A stretch of 64,000 nucleotides of DNA from the NCBI GenBank assembly GCA_030827475.1, contig JAUREJ010000005.1:2128-66127 (forward strand). Direction: 5' to 3'. The notes under the pieces are model-generated. The model was not told the DNA's origin and did not search any database. It worked only from the letters and a program-made list of their open reading frames with translations. This document shows, piece by piece, positions 21,047 through 30,726 of the stretch (position 1 is its first letter; every line of letters starts with the position of its first letter). The position numbers and the translations under genes are program-made. Origin of the DNA: Poseidonia sp. (lineage in GTDB: Archaea; Thermoplasmatota; Poseidoniia; Poseidoniales; Poseidoniaceae).

Positions 21047-21952
21047 TCATGTCGACCGTTTTTTTGATTGGGGGGAGGTCAGCGCCATGATGTGCCGGTG
21101 CATGCTCGGAAGCATCTCAAACATGATGAGCGCCATCAAGAACATCGCAAATAAACTGACGAACCGAGCGACATAGGTGTGGCCGAATTCAAACACGCTC
21201 ATCCCCCACAAATCCCATTGGGTGTAGTTCATGTGCATCCAAATCAAGCCGGCATTTCGGAACAAGTTCAGGAGATGAATGAGCGGTAAGATCAGCAAGA
21301 GTGCTCGGACCCTTTGTTTCCATGACAGTTCCAAGACGGAGATGGCGCCGATGAAGAGGACCATGGATTGAATCGCCGTACAAGCCAAGACGAAATTGAT
21401 GCCGATCAGGCCGCCATCTGCGAGGAGAAGTTCGGATTGAAAGGCATATTCTCCGGTGAAGTCCGTCGCAAACCATCGGTTCCCTTCCCATTCCTCCCAA
21501 GAAACACGGCCGCTTGGGTCATTGACCCAAGTGGTGCCGATTTCGATTTCTTGCCCGGTCGCAAAACCGAGAAACCAAGCCGATTGTGAAGCCACAAACC
21601 AAATGGCAAGCACACTCAGATACGGAACATACGTCACCAGCATGTAGGGCCCTCCAGCGAAAGCAACGGTCCCTCGAGCCCAAACCAGAGCCTTGTGCTG
21701 CTCTTCCTCGGCCGTTTTTTCAAACCAAGCAGCCCAACACGCCAGCGGGAGGGTAAGCGTGCACAGAATGGTGAGGACGAGGTCATCGTGTTCAAGGTAG
21801 GTCCAGGCTTGGGTGAAAAAGGAAAACCCAACAAAAACCCATCCGACTTGCGCGAGGCGTAGGCCGCCTTGACGGCGTCTCAACCAAGATATGCCCAAAG
21901 CCAGCATGCCGAGGCCACCAATCAACGCGGAGGTGGATTCGCTGACCAGCAC
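21047..21952 (-). CDS. Archaeosortase (ArtA-like, exosortase family)
   Basis: Multi-pass membrane protein with VLACTAIQSM (catalytic Cys), LNLFRNAG (Arg) and FEFGH motifs. The start (GTG 21952) is uncertain. Confidence 0.85.
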   Translation of the reverse strand: MLVSESTSALIGGLGMLALGISWLRRRQGGLRLAQVGWVFVGFSFFTQAWTYLEHDDLVLTILCTLTLPLACWAAWFEKTAEEEQHKALVWARGTVAFAGGPYMLVTYVPYLSVLAIWFVASQSAWFLGFATGQEIEIGTTWVNDPSGRVSWEEWEGNRWFATDFTGEYAFQSELLLADGGLIGINFVLACTAIQSMVLFIGAISVLELSWKQRVRALLLILPLIHLLNLFRNAGLIWMHMNYTQWDLWGMSVFEFGHTYVARFVSLFAMFLMALIMFEMLPSMHRHIMALTSPQSKKRST

Positions 21953-22031
21953 ATGATGCCCTTGTGGTGGATGGTTTTGAACCTCTCTCCTCCTCAACAA
22001 AACCCAAGGGCGTCTTTGTCCACCGACCGTC

Positions 22032-22688
22032 ATGGAGGGGCCGTATGTTCGCGTCACGACGGAGGTGCCCTTTGAACAACGTCAACAAGCTCCCATTGCA
22101 TTTCTGGATAGGGACGGCGTGGTGAACATCGGGCGGCCAGGATATGTCAACACGGCCACCGAGGTCGTGCTATTGCCGGGTGCAGCAACGAGCATAGGGG
22201 CGTTGAAGCAACAAGGTTACTTGGTTTGCATTGTCACCAACCAGTCTCCTCTTTCGCGTGGCCTGTGGGGGCCAACCCAACTTGAGGAGATTCATCGGTC
22301 CCTTCAGTCGAAGCTTCTGAGGGAGGATCCAAATGCACATATTGATGCCTTTATCACGTGCCCACATCGGTTTGAAGACCAATGTTCGTGTCGCAAACCA
22401 TCACCAAACATGTTGCACCTGGGCCATCACCTGCTTCGGGCTGATGCCCGCTTTTCAAGCGATGAATTGCACAATGCAGGCAAACAATACGGTGTTGTGG
22501 ATTGGTGGGGGGACAAGCCGCAACCGTTTCACGGATTGGACGCCATGGTTGGCGACCGTCGCTCGGACATGGGAGCTGGGTGGGGTTACGGAGCGAGGTT
22601 GTTCCGTGTTTCTCGTGATGTCGGTTTGGTCCAAGTTGAACAACGCGTCTTGGACGAAAACGACCAAGGTGATTCGTTTCAACCCTGA
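22032..22688 (+). CDS. HAD-IIIA family phosphatase (GmhB/HisB-like)
   Basis: FLDRDGVVN, VTNQS, CPH..CSCRKP and MVGDRRSD motifs. Confidence 0.9.
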   Translation: MEGPYVRVTTEVPFEQRQQAPIAFLDRDGVVNIGRPGYVNTATEVVLLPGAATSIGALKQQGYLVCIVTNQSPLSRGLWGPTQLEEIHRSLQSKLLREDPNAHIDAFITCPHRFEDQCSCRKPSPNMLHLGHHLLRADARFSSDELHNAGKQYGVVDWWGDKPQPFHGLDAMVGDRRSDMGAGWGYGARLFRVSRDVGLVQVEQRVLDENDQGDSFQP

Positions 22689-22697
22689 GGTGGTGCA

Positions 22698-23894
22698 ATG
22701 GGTTGGCTAGGGCTTGACGATACGGATTCCTTGAACGGCGGATGCACCACGGAAGTGTTTCATCGCCTGCTGAACGGACTTCCCGAAGATGCGGAGTTGG
22801 GTACGCCCCGCTTGGTGAGGTTGTGGCCGTTCGCCCAGAGGCGGACGCGTGGGAACGCCGCAGTAGCGGTTGAAATTCGTTCAAACGACGAGCCCGCCCT
22901 CCTCAACCATCTTGACCGCTGGTGGAAAAATCACATTTTTCCCCTGACGGGAGACGTTCAAGAATCAACGATCTCCGAGCGCGTCCAAACCCCTGCGAGC
23001 CCGGGGATGGTTTGGTTTTCCCGACCGCCAGATGCGGCGATCTATTGGGCGGCGGTACGGGGAGAGGTGTCCGAAGAAGACCTTCCCAAACCCTTACGAC
23101 GCTGGGGCGGTCACGGTTGCATTGGAGCCACCGCAGCCGTGGCTTGGCCTGCTATGACGTTCACTTGGGAAGCGATTGCGTGGCGCAAAAACGGTGCGAA
23201 TGGCCCTCGTTTCGTCGATGAGAATACCCTCCTGATGTTGGACGCTTGGCCTGAGGTCGTGTTTTCTCGAGACCCTCGTCGTGGAAAACAATTGGTTGCT
23301 CCCCGGGGTGTTTCACCGGTTCTCTTTGGCCTCCGTGCCCTCTCAGAGTCAACCGCTGAACGTGCATGCCGCACTTTGCTCAACGCAGAAGATACGGAGG
23401 AGGCGATGGGTTGGCGAGTTTTTCAAACCAACCAAGCCAGCGGGGACCACTTGGAAGGAAGCATTATCGGAGATGTCCTCGCACTTGAGGTTGATTCGGT
23501 TCGTAAGCACGCGATGTTGACCGTATCCGAAAATACATTGATTCGGGTTTTTGCAGAAAGCGGGCCCGTAAATGCTCTCGCCCGCTGGTTGATGCCGGGT
23601 GACAGAATTGAGGTTCGAGGGCTTCGTCATCCTGACGGGAGTGTGCATGCAGAACAGATGCGACTGGTTGAGAGTGTTCCAAGGGCCCGTCTTCGCCCGC
23701 TTTGTCCATCTTGTGGGCATCGTATGAAGAGCATGGGCTCAGGCCAAGGGGTTCGTTGTCCCATCTGCAAGCACCGCAGTGGGGACGACTGGGTTTCTGT
23801 TGAATCCAAACCTCCGTACGAAAGTTGGGTTGAGCCGGAAGTTGACGGTCGCCGCCATCTCGCTCGTCCCCTTGAATGGAGAAAAAATCAATGA
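22698..23894 (+). CDS. tiaS: tRNA(Ile2) agmatinylcytidine synthetase
   Basis: GLDDTDS..GGCTT, RTRGNAAV, PVLFGLR and FQTNQASGDHL motifs, with a C-terminal CPSCG..CPIC ribbon. Confidence 0.92.
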   Translation: MGWLGLDDTDSLNGGCTTEVFHRLLNGLPEDAELGTPRLVRLWPFAQRRTRGNAAVAVEIRSNDEPALLNHLDRWWKNHIFPLTGDVQESTISERVQTPASPGMVWFSRPPDAAIYWAAVRGEVSEEDLPKPLRRWGGHGCIGATAAVAWPAMTFTWEAIAWRKNGANGPRFVDENTLLMLDAWPEVVFSRDPRRGKQLVAPRGVSPVLFGLRALSESTAERACRTLLNAEDTEEAMGWRVFQTNQASGDHLEGSIIGDVLALEVDSVRKHAMLTVSENTLIRVFAESGPVNALARWLMPGDRIEVRGLRHPDGSVHAEQMRLVESVPRARLRPLCPSCGHRMKSMGSGQGVRCPICKHRSGDDWVSVESKPPYESWVEPEVDGRRHLARPLEWRKNQ

Positions 23895-23947
23895 AAACGT
23901 TCTCCCTCACGAAAGCATGAAAAGGACTTGATTCCGTAATTGCTTTC

Positions 23948-24205
23948 ATGGACCCTGAAACGACACGCACCGTTGGCCTCTTTGTCGGTGCCCTTTCTCT
24001 TTTGGTCATGCTTTGGTTTATCAGTCAACGTGCGATGAAAAATCGCATGAAGATGATGGAGGACAACGCCCCGAAAATCGCAGGTGAAGACACCCTCGAA
24101 GGGGGTGCCCGTAACCCCCAGCTCTTTGACGAGCCGGACGATGACGCCCTTGACGAGATGGCGAAATTGCTGGGCGAAGACGATGATTCAGAGATGGAAG
24201 CCTGA
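23948..24205 (+). CDS. Small single-pass membrane protein with acidic tail
   Basis: 85-aa ORF filling the intergenic gap, with an N-terminal TM helix and a D/E-rich C-terminus. Confidence 0.7.
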   Translation: MDPETTRTVGLFVGALSLLVMLWFISQRAMKNRMKMMEDNAPKIAGEDTLEGGARNPQLFDEPDDDALDEMAKLLGEDDDSEMEA

Positions 24206-24778
24206 ATCGTCCAACGTTAGCGAGATCGCTTCCGTTCTTGTTTGCAGTACCCGGTGTTGCTGCCGCTCACCTCGCCAGAGTCTCCAGATCTCAAAACCCA
24301 TCTTTTCCATGCGTTCCGATGCTCGGGCGACGATGGGGTCCGTTGTTGAGCCGCTTGCATCGATGCTGCCCTTTGAGATGAGGAGGAGCGTCATGCCTTC
24401 AGGCACGCCGTTAGTGAAACGCTCAATTTGGTCGAGGTGAACTGCCTCGATGCGCCCACTCGATGGACACCAATCGTCAAGGACCACGAGGCCAACGCTC
24501 GGCAACGAGTTTGTTGCCTCAAGCAAAGCATCGATGGCTCGTTCGAATTTTCCTCCAAAATTCATGGCGTGAAAACGTGAGCTTTCAACCAATGAAAGGT
24601 GCTCGAAAAGTTGGGAAAATCGTGTGGGGTCGGGCATCTCGGTCGAAACCCAGAGAACACGCTTTCCAGCGTTGATCGTATCGGCTGCGGCATGGAGTCC
24701 CACCGAGGTTCCTCCGGTGCTACCTTCGACCGCAAGATGGATACGACGCTCGTTGAGAGCAAAATCAAACCGTTCCAT
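24188..24778 (-). CDS. Degenerate RadB/RecA-superfamily protein
   Basis: From ATG 24778: VEGSTGGTSVGLHAA (eroded P-loop), GKRVLWVSTE, VGLVVLDD (Walker B) and C-terminal LTLDDSGF. Confidence 0.65.
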   Translation of the reverse strand: MERFDFALNERRIHLAVEGSTGGTSVGLHAAADTINAGKRVLWVSTEMPDPTRFSQLFEHLSLVESSRFHAMNFGGKFERAIDALLEATNSLPSVGLVVLDDWCPSSGRIEAVHLDQIERFTNGVPEGMTLLLISKGSIDASGSTTDPIVARASERMEKMGFEIWRLWRGERQQHRVLQTRTEAISLTLDDSGFHL

Positions 24779-24865
24779 GCGCCCCCACGTGGGGCAACGG
24801 TGAATGAGGCTTGTGGAGGTGTGATGATTCGTAAGGGCTATGACCTCTGCCACGTTCCACGGTGC

Positions 24866-25075
24866 ATGGCTGGTGATGTACGAGAGGGCGAGCGCATTCC
24901 TCGAAGACCTGCGCCGGAGTTTGAAGAGGCCGGCAGTTTTGTTGAGGCCATCTCCCGAGATGGCTTCTTTGGAACGGCGTTGGACGATAAAAACCAGTAC
25001 GGCCCTGTAGCGATGATGGTGCTCTTGCTCATCGTCGCCGCCATCACCGGAACCGTGATTCGCCTGCTCGGCTAA
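24866..25075 (+). CDS. Small C-terminally anchored membrane protein
   Basis: 69 aa from ATG 24866, with a hydrophilic N-terminus and a terminal TM helix (VAMMVLLLIVAAITGTVIRLLG). Confidence 0.6.
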   Translation: MAGDVREGERIPRRPAPEFEEAGSFVEAISRDGFFGTALDDKNQYGPVAMMVLLLIVAAITGTVIRLLG

Positions 25076-25139
25076 ATCGCCCACCTTGCGACCCTTGGCC
25101 AAGGGAAACATCATACCCCCTTTGTCCCCGTGTTGACCC

Positions 25140-25580
25140 ATGAGTGAAGGCTCGGTGAATGTTGAGAGCCGAACCTCCTCTCAAGACAAACGCTGGACCA
25201 TCATGGCGGCGTTGCTCGGTACGAACACAGCGATCCTTCTGTTCCAAGGGATTGAACAGTCCAGAGATTACAACGCTGTTCGGGAGGTGGCGCTTTCCAT
25301 CATCGCTGCTGCTTTGCCTTTCCAAGCCATCTACTTCCTCATCTACACCTTCATCCTCGAGCATGAAGCACAACTGAGTTCCGGCCGCCTTCACAAACTT
25401 GCCTTGGCTTCAGCCCTGTGTCAGGTCGTCTCCTATGCGTCGCTCATCGGTGTGGCCGTGATGTGGTACGAGACATCGGCTTGGGTTGGCCTTTCCTTTA
25501 CCTTGTCTTCCGTTCTCGCTCTCTTCCTCATCAGGGCGGTCATGGGTCCTGTCAAGGAAACCGTTATGGCCGAAGCATGA
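25140..25580 (+). CDS. Four-helix membrane protein of unknown function
   Basis: 146-aa ORF with four hydrophobic segments. Confidence 0.7.
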   Translation: MSEGSVNVESRTSSQDKRWTIMAALLGTNTAILLFQGIEQSRDYNAVREVALSIIAAALPFQAIYFLIYTFILEHEAQLSSGRLHKLALASALCQVVSYASLIGVAVMWYETSAWVGLSFTLSSVLALFLIRAVMGPVKETVMAEA

Positions 25581-25642
25581 CGTGTTTTCCACTCAATCTT
25601 ACGAAAGGCAAGGTTGATTTAGCGAGGCGAATGCCTTGAAAC

Positions 25643-26992
25643 ATGGCCTTCTGCCCGCTCGATTACCGCTACGGTTGTCAGGATTTCAAACACATTTGGT
25701 CTGAACAAGGCCGCCATGAACGGCAGCTTGAGGTTGAAAGGGCGTTGATTTGGGCCCACTGGCAACTTGGCCGAGTAACGGAGGCTGACTACAACGCCGT
25801 GGCCGCCATCGCTAACCCGAACGATGTGACCAAGGAACGTGTTAGCGAAATCGAGGCAGAGACCCGACACGACATCATGGCCCTCACCAAAGCCATGGCT
25901 GAGGCGGCGGGTGATGCAGGGTGGTGCATCCACCTCGGAGCAACTTCCAACGATATTGTGGATACGGCAGTCGGCCTTCAGTTGCGGGACAGCATGGTTC
26001 TCCTCCGGGAACAACTGTGCAACTTGATCAGGGTGTGTGCCGATGTAGCTGAACGTGAACGAGACACGGTCATGCTTGGGCGAACCCACGGTCAGGCTGC
26101 AGTCCCCATCACGTTTGGATTGAAAGCAGCGGTTTGGCTTGATGAATTGCGGCGGCAATTGATTCGCCTGGACGAGGCATCTCCCCGCGTTGCAGTCGGC
26201 AAATTCCTGGGAGCGGTGGGCACCGGTGCAGCCCAAGGTGAACACGCTCGAGAACTTCAACGCTTGATCCTCACTCACCTCGGATTGGGCGTGCCGCTGG
26301 CAACCACACAAGTTGTTGGTAGGGACCGTTATGTGGAGTACGTGTCTTGGTTGGCCAACGTCGCCACGACCTGCGAGAAAATCCTCCAGGAGATTCGCAA
26401 CCTCCAACGTTCAGAATTGTCCGAGGCCGGCGAGGGTTTTGATATCAAAAAGCAAGTTGGTTCATCGACCATGGCTCACAAAAAGAACCCCATTAAGTCC
26501 GAAAACGCGTCCGGTTTGGCTCGAATCGTCAGGTCATTTATCATCCCAACCTACGAAAACGCCCTTTTGTGGCACGAACGCGACCTCGCCAATTCCAGCA
26601 GCGAACGTTTCACCCTTTCACACGCTTCGGCACTTTGCGAAGACGTGATGGCTAAGACAGCGGATGTCTTGACCAACATGTGGGTTGACCGTGAGCGCTG
26701 CCTTGCGAACATTCACGCACAACGCGGTTTGGTGATGGCAGAAAAGGTGATGATTGAACTGGTCGATCATGGAATGCCACGGGATGAAGCTCACGAAGTC
26801 CTTCGAGCAGCCTCGTTTGAAGCCGTGGAGAAAAAAGAGGAACTCATCGATGTGTGCAGTCGGACACCGGCCATCGCTGCAGCGTTCTCTGCAGAGGAAT
26901 TGGAACGGATGTTTGACCCCATGAACCACGTTGGCGTCGCAGGTGAAATCGTCGATGAATGCGTCGTTCTTGCACGAGAAGCCGTTCAGTGA
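25643..26992 (+). CDS. purB: Adenylosuccinate lyase
   Basis: CPLDYRYG, TRHDIMA, HLGATSND, GRTHGQ and fumarate-lyase signature GSSTMAHKKNPIKSE. Confidence 0.96.
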   Translation: MAFCPLDYRYGCQDFKHIWSEQGRHERQLEVERALIWAHWQLGRVTEADYNAVAAIANPNDVTKERVSEIEAETRHDIMALTKAMAEAAGDAGWCIHLGATSNDIVDTAVGLQLRDSMVLLREQLCNLIRVCADVAERERDTVMLGRTHGQAAVPITFGLKAAVWLDELRRQLIRLDEASPRVAVGKFLGAVGTGAAQGEHARELQRLILTHLGLGVPLATTQVVGRDRYVEYVSWLANVATTCEKILQEIRNLQRSELSEAGEGFDIKKQVGSSTMAHKKNPIKSENASGLARIVRSFIIPTYENALLWHERDLANSSSERFTLSHASALCEDVMAKTADVLTNMWVDRERCLANIHAQRGLVMAEKVMIELVDHGMPRDEAHEVLRAASFEAVEKKEELIDVCSRTPAIAAAFSAEELERMFDPMNHVGVAGEIVDECVVLAREAVQ

Positions 26993-27633
26993 AACGACAG
27001 ATGGCCTCGCCGACCGTCCCAAGAGGCCGACCATTCGATTTCAAGCCGGCCCGGCAAATGAGGCCCCCCAAGGACCAATGTTTCGTATTCGCCACCTTCA
27101 CCTTCCACGTGGAAGCGGTGTTTTTTTGCAAGCTCGTTCAGTCGGGAAAAGGAATTTTCGGTTAGCACGTGCCCGAGCCATGTTTCATCCAATCCATCCG
27201 CTGACACGCTTGTGATCATGATCTCAAAACCGTTGGCAACCATGTCGTTGACGTGTTGAAAACCGTCTTGATGCCAAAGCGGTGTCCAACTGCGAATCCC
27301 CAAACGCTCCGCCATCCGCTCGAGGCGAGATTTTTGGTAGTCCGAGCGCAAAGCACCGCTCACAAAACCATCGATTTCCCGATTCTTGAGTGCACAAGCC
27401 AAGGCTTCAAGATCATCGGGTGTGCTACCGGTTGCCTCGACTTCAACCCATTGTACACCTGCGAGTTTGGCTTGCTGACCCACCAATCGCGTCCCGGGAA
27501 TTTGGAACATGGGTGAATCATCGCCCGTGATTCGAACGGTGACCAAGGAATCAACCGTCCATCCCTGGCACATGGCCCACCACCATGCAGCGGCCGAATC
27601 TTTGCCTCCCGAAGAGAGGACGGCCACGCGCAT
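26986..27633 (-). CDS. dph6: Diphthine--ammonia ligase (Dph6, PP-loop ATPase)
   Basis: SSGGKDS, SGALRSDYQK, PLW and EGEGGEYETLVL motifs. Confidence 0.92.
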   Translation of the reverse strand: MRVAVLSSGGKDSAAAWWWAMCQGWTVDSLVTVRITGDDSPMFQIPGTRLVGQQAKLAGVQWVEVEATGSTPDDLEALACALKNREIDGFVSGALRSDYQKSRLERMAERLGIRSWTPLWHQDGFQHVNDMVANGFEIMITSVSADGLDETWLGHVLTENSFSRLNELAKKHRFHVEGEGGEYETLVLGGPHLPGRLEIEWSASWDGRRGHLSFH

Positions 27634-27787
27634 GGTTGGACGTGGGAGGGCCGCTTCATGAGACTATGCGTGGGCGTGGGTTGATACGAGACGGGGTTTT
27701 CAAAGGGGTGGCACGGGAAGAGAACCCATCCATTTCAACCCTCATCCTCTTAAAGTGTCAACCGAACCAAGAACCTGAGGTCAGACC

Positions 27788-28510
27788 ATGCAACCAAGCG
27801 GACGAGGATACGATCACGGAATCACCACTTTCAGCCCAGACGGACGACTCTTTCAAGTCGAATACGCCCGTGAATCCGTCAAGCGAGGGACCACCACGGC
27901 TGGATTGAAATTCAAAGACGGTGTCGTTTTGGTGTGCGATAAACGCATCATCAGCCGACTGATCATCCCTGAATCCATCGAAAAGATGTTCAAAATCGAC
28001 GGCCACATCGGAATCGCAACCTCCGGCCTCGTGGCAGACGCACGCCAACTTGTTGCTCGTGCACGAGTTGAGGCTCAAATCAACCGCATCACCTACGGGG
28101 CTACCGTTCCCGTTGACGTCATGGTGAAGAAAATCTGCGACTTCAAGCAGTCGTTCACCCAATACGGTGGCTCCCGTCCTTTCGGAACAGCCCTCTTGAT
28201 TGGAGGTGTTGACGACAGCGGCATCCATCTGTACGAAACCGACCCCTCCGGAGCATACCAGTCCTACCATGCTGGCGCCATCGGCAGTGGTCGAAACACG
28301 GTCATCGAGTTCTTTGAGGACAACTGGAAGGAGAACATGACTCTCAACGCCGCCATGAAACTTGGACTCGAGGCCCTGCGTTCTGCCAACGATGCTGAAC
28401 TCAACAGGGATGCTGTCGAGGTGACGGTCGTTGACAACAACGGCTACCGAGTCCTTGACAGGGAGGAAGTCAACAAGCAAATCGACCGACTCAAGCCTCT
28501 CGAGGATTGA
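27788..28510 (+). CDS. psmA: Proteasome alpha subunit
   Basis: GYDHGITTFSPDGRLFQVEYA signature and YETDPSG. Confidence 0.97.
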   Translation: MQPSGRGYDHGITTFSPDGRLFQVEYARESVKRGTTTAGLKFKDGVVLVCDKRIISRLIIPESIEKMFKIDGHIGIATSGLVADARQLVARARVEAQINRITYGATVPVDVMVKKICDFKQSFTQYGGSRPFGTALLIGGVDDSGIHLYETDPSGAYQSYHAGAIGSGRNTVIEFFEDNWKENMTLNAAMKLGLEALRSANDAELNRDAVEVTVVDNNGYRVLDREEVNKQIDRLKPLED

Positions 28511-28551
28511 GCAAGGAGGGCGCCTGAGGCAAATCGCCGAGGTGATGGTGC

Positions 28552-29238
28552 ATGGTCAGCCTTGATGACGCCGTGCTTGCCCGTCTCGAGAAAGGTGGAA
28601 AGCGGTACGAAGTCTTGGTTGACCCCGTCTTGGTCGAGATGTTCAAATCCGACCCCAGCAGCGTAGACATCAACGACTTCCTTGCGATGGACGAGGTTTT
28701 TCACGATGCACGTGGTGGTGAACGACCAACCGAGGAAGCCATTGAATCTGTTTTTCAGACCCAAGACATCACGGCCATCACCACCATCATTCTTGACAAG
28801 GGCTCCATTCAGCTCACCACGGCTCAACGAAAGGCGATGGTTGAAACCATGCGGCAGAAAATCATCCACCACATTCACACGCAGGCCGTCGATCCTAAAA
28901 CAAAATCACCTCATCCGAAAACCAGGATTGAATTGGCCCTTGAGGAATCTCGGTATTCGGTTGATCCGTTCAAGCGCCTTGAGGACCAGGTCAAGGACGC
29001 CATTGGGAAGTTGAAGCCGCTGATTCCCCTCTCGTTTGAAACGGTTCGTTTGGCATTCAAAGTTCCAGGTTCGGCTTACGGAGGCGTGAACCAAGTTCTC
29101 CGTGCATACCAGCAAAAAGAAGGCTGGTTAGAGGACGGTTCGTGGGCATCCGTCATCGAGTGCCCTGCGGGCATGAAAGGTGAACTCATCGGCCTCGTGA
29201 TGCGAAAAAGCGCAGATGCTGAAGTCAAAGAACTCTAA
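28552..29238 (+). CDS. Ribosome maturation protein SBDS/Sdo1
   Basis: MVSLDDAVLARL, QLTTAQRK and DPKTKSPHPKTRIE motifs. Canonical position after psmA. Confidence 0.95.
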   Translation: MVSLDDAVLARLEKGGKRYEVLVDPVLVEMFKSDPSSVDINDFLAMDEVFHDARGGERPTEEAIESVFQTQDITAITTIILDKGSIQLTTAQRKAMVETMRQKIIHHIHTQAVDPKTKSPHPKTRIELALEESRYSVDPFKRLEDQVKDAIGKLKPLIPLSFETVRLAFKVPGSAYGGVNQVLRAYQQKEGWLEDGSWASVIECPAGMKGELIGLVMRKSADAEVKEL

Positions 29239-29308
29239 TGTCGGTTTGGGCATGCACAGGGTGGCCTTTATCATGGGTAGGCGGCTCGCCGCAACTGGAG
29301 AGAAAAGA

Positions 29309-29998
29309 ATGTCCCAAGGTCAATCCGGCGCCGAGCAGCGCCTAGTGACCCCGGGAATGGCCGTTGGGCCATCCACCGGGAAGCGAGCAGGCAGCGGAGT
29401 TGTCGCCGCCAACGATACCTTCATCGCCACCCAACTGGGTTGGCTTCGAGAACGAAATTCCACCGTTTCGGTTGACCCCATCAACGCAGCCTACATGCCA
29501 CGTTCGGGCGATCTCGTCATCGGTATGGTGGCCGAGGTCCGAAACAACTTGTGGTTCATGGACATCAACGGGTCGTTTCAGGGCTTGCTTCCCATGTCCC
29601 TCGCACCTTGGAAAGTTGAGTTCGGGGGCGCTCGCCAACACATGGATGTCGGCGATGTGGTCCTGGCCCGCGTCCAGGAAGTCGACGAATGCCACAACGT
29701 GGTTCTGACCATGAAGGGTGTTGGCCTTCGCCGCCTCAATCAAGGCGCCGTGGAGCGTCTTCCCGTTCAGCACATCGACCGCATTCGAGGCGAGAACAAT
29801 GAGCGCCTTCAACGGTTGCGCGATGCATGCGATTGTCGAATTATGGTAGGCGAAAACGGCCGTGTTTGGATCGACGGTTCCCCCGAAGGCATCCGTTGGG
29901 CAAGAAAAGCAGTCCACGCACTCGCTTCATCCGGGCACCGAACGGACATTGACGAACTTCTTACAACTTTGGAAAACGAATTGAAAGGTGATGCATGA
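29309..29998 (+). CDS. rrp4: Exosome complex RNA-binding subunit Rrp4
   Basis: LVTPG, YMPRSGDLVIG (S1 domain) and IMVGENGRVWI (KH domain). Operon context. Confidence 0.92.
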   Translation: MSQGQSGAEQRLVTPGMAVGPSTGKRAGSGVVAANDTFIATQLGWLRERNSTVSVDPINAAYMPRSGDLVIGMVAEVRNNLWFMDINGSFQGLLPMSLAPWKVEFGGARQHMDVGDVVLARVQEVDECHNVVLTMKGVGLRRLNQGAVERLPVQHIDRIRGENNERLQRLRDACDCRIMVGENGRVWIDGSPEGIRWARKAVHALASSGHRTDIDELLTTLENELKGDA

Positions 29999-30726
29999 TG
30001 GGTGGATATGGAGATGTACAACTGCTACGCGACGACGGGCTTCGGCTCGACGGTCGAAAAATTGACGAAATGCGACCGGTGAGCATCGAAGCAGGTGTTC
30101 TTCCTGCTGCCGACGGCTCTGCTATGGTGACGCACGGTCTCAACGTGGCCGTCGCTGCGGTTTACGGCCCTATGGAAGCTCACCCTCGCAAAATTCAGCG
30201 TCAAGACCGGGCGGTCATTGATGTGCGTTACAACATGGCGCCCTTCTCTACCTCGGACCGCATTCGGCCCGGATTCAACCGCCGCTCTCGAGAAATCTCC
30301 AAGGTTACGGCTGAAGCTCTGGAATCGGTTGTTCTCGTCGAGCGCTATCCTCGCTCGAAAATCCGAGTTGAGATTGAAATTCTCGCTGCAGAAGCCGGCA
30401 CACGATGCGTCGGCATCACTGCAGCGGCCGTCGCTCTTGCTGACGCTGGCATTCCGATGCGGGATCTCATCGTCGGCGTGGCTTCCGGAAAGGTCGAAGA
30501 CACCGTTGTGCTTGACCTTGACAAGGCTGAAGACAACTACGGTCAAGCCGACCTTCCTGTTGGAATCCTTCCAAATACGGGCGAAATCGCCTTCCTTCAG
30601 ATGGACGGTGACCTCTCCCCCGATGAGTTTAATCTGGCCATGGAGTACAACTTCAAAGCCGCCAAAGAAATTCATGAAATCATGGTGGATGCACTCCGTC
30701 GCCGATACGAAGGAGGTGAAGTTTGA
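29995..30726 (+). CDS. rrp41: Exosome complex exonuclease Rrp41
   Basis: RLDGRKIDEMRP, AVYGP, YNMAPFS, AEAGTR and EDNYGQADLP motifs. Confidence 0.96.
   Translation: MMGGYGDVQLLRDDGLRLDGRKIDEMRPVSIEAGVLPAADGSAMVTHGLNVAVAAVYGPMEAHPRKIQRQDRAVIDVRYNMAPFSTSDRIRPGFNRRSREISKVTAEALESVVLVERYPRSKIRVEIEILAAEAGTRCVGITAAAVALADAGIPMRDLIVGVASGKVEDTVVLDLDKAEDNYGQADLPVGILPNTGEIAFLQMDGDLSPDEFNLAMEYNFKAAKEIHEIMVDALRRRYEGGEV

Noticed and set aside
16102..21952. Large surface protein as the archaeosortase substrate
   Set aside because: Its TM helix is followed by a ~100-aa tail and has no PGF-like motif, unlike known archaeosortase targets.
24779..25141. N-terminal 121 codons of the 317-aa ORF 24188-25141
   Set aside because: This part overlaps a plausible plus-strand membrane gene. 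RecA-like motifs begin only after ATG 24778.
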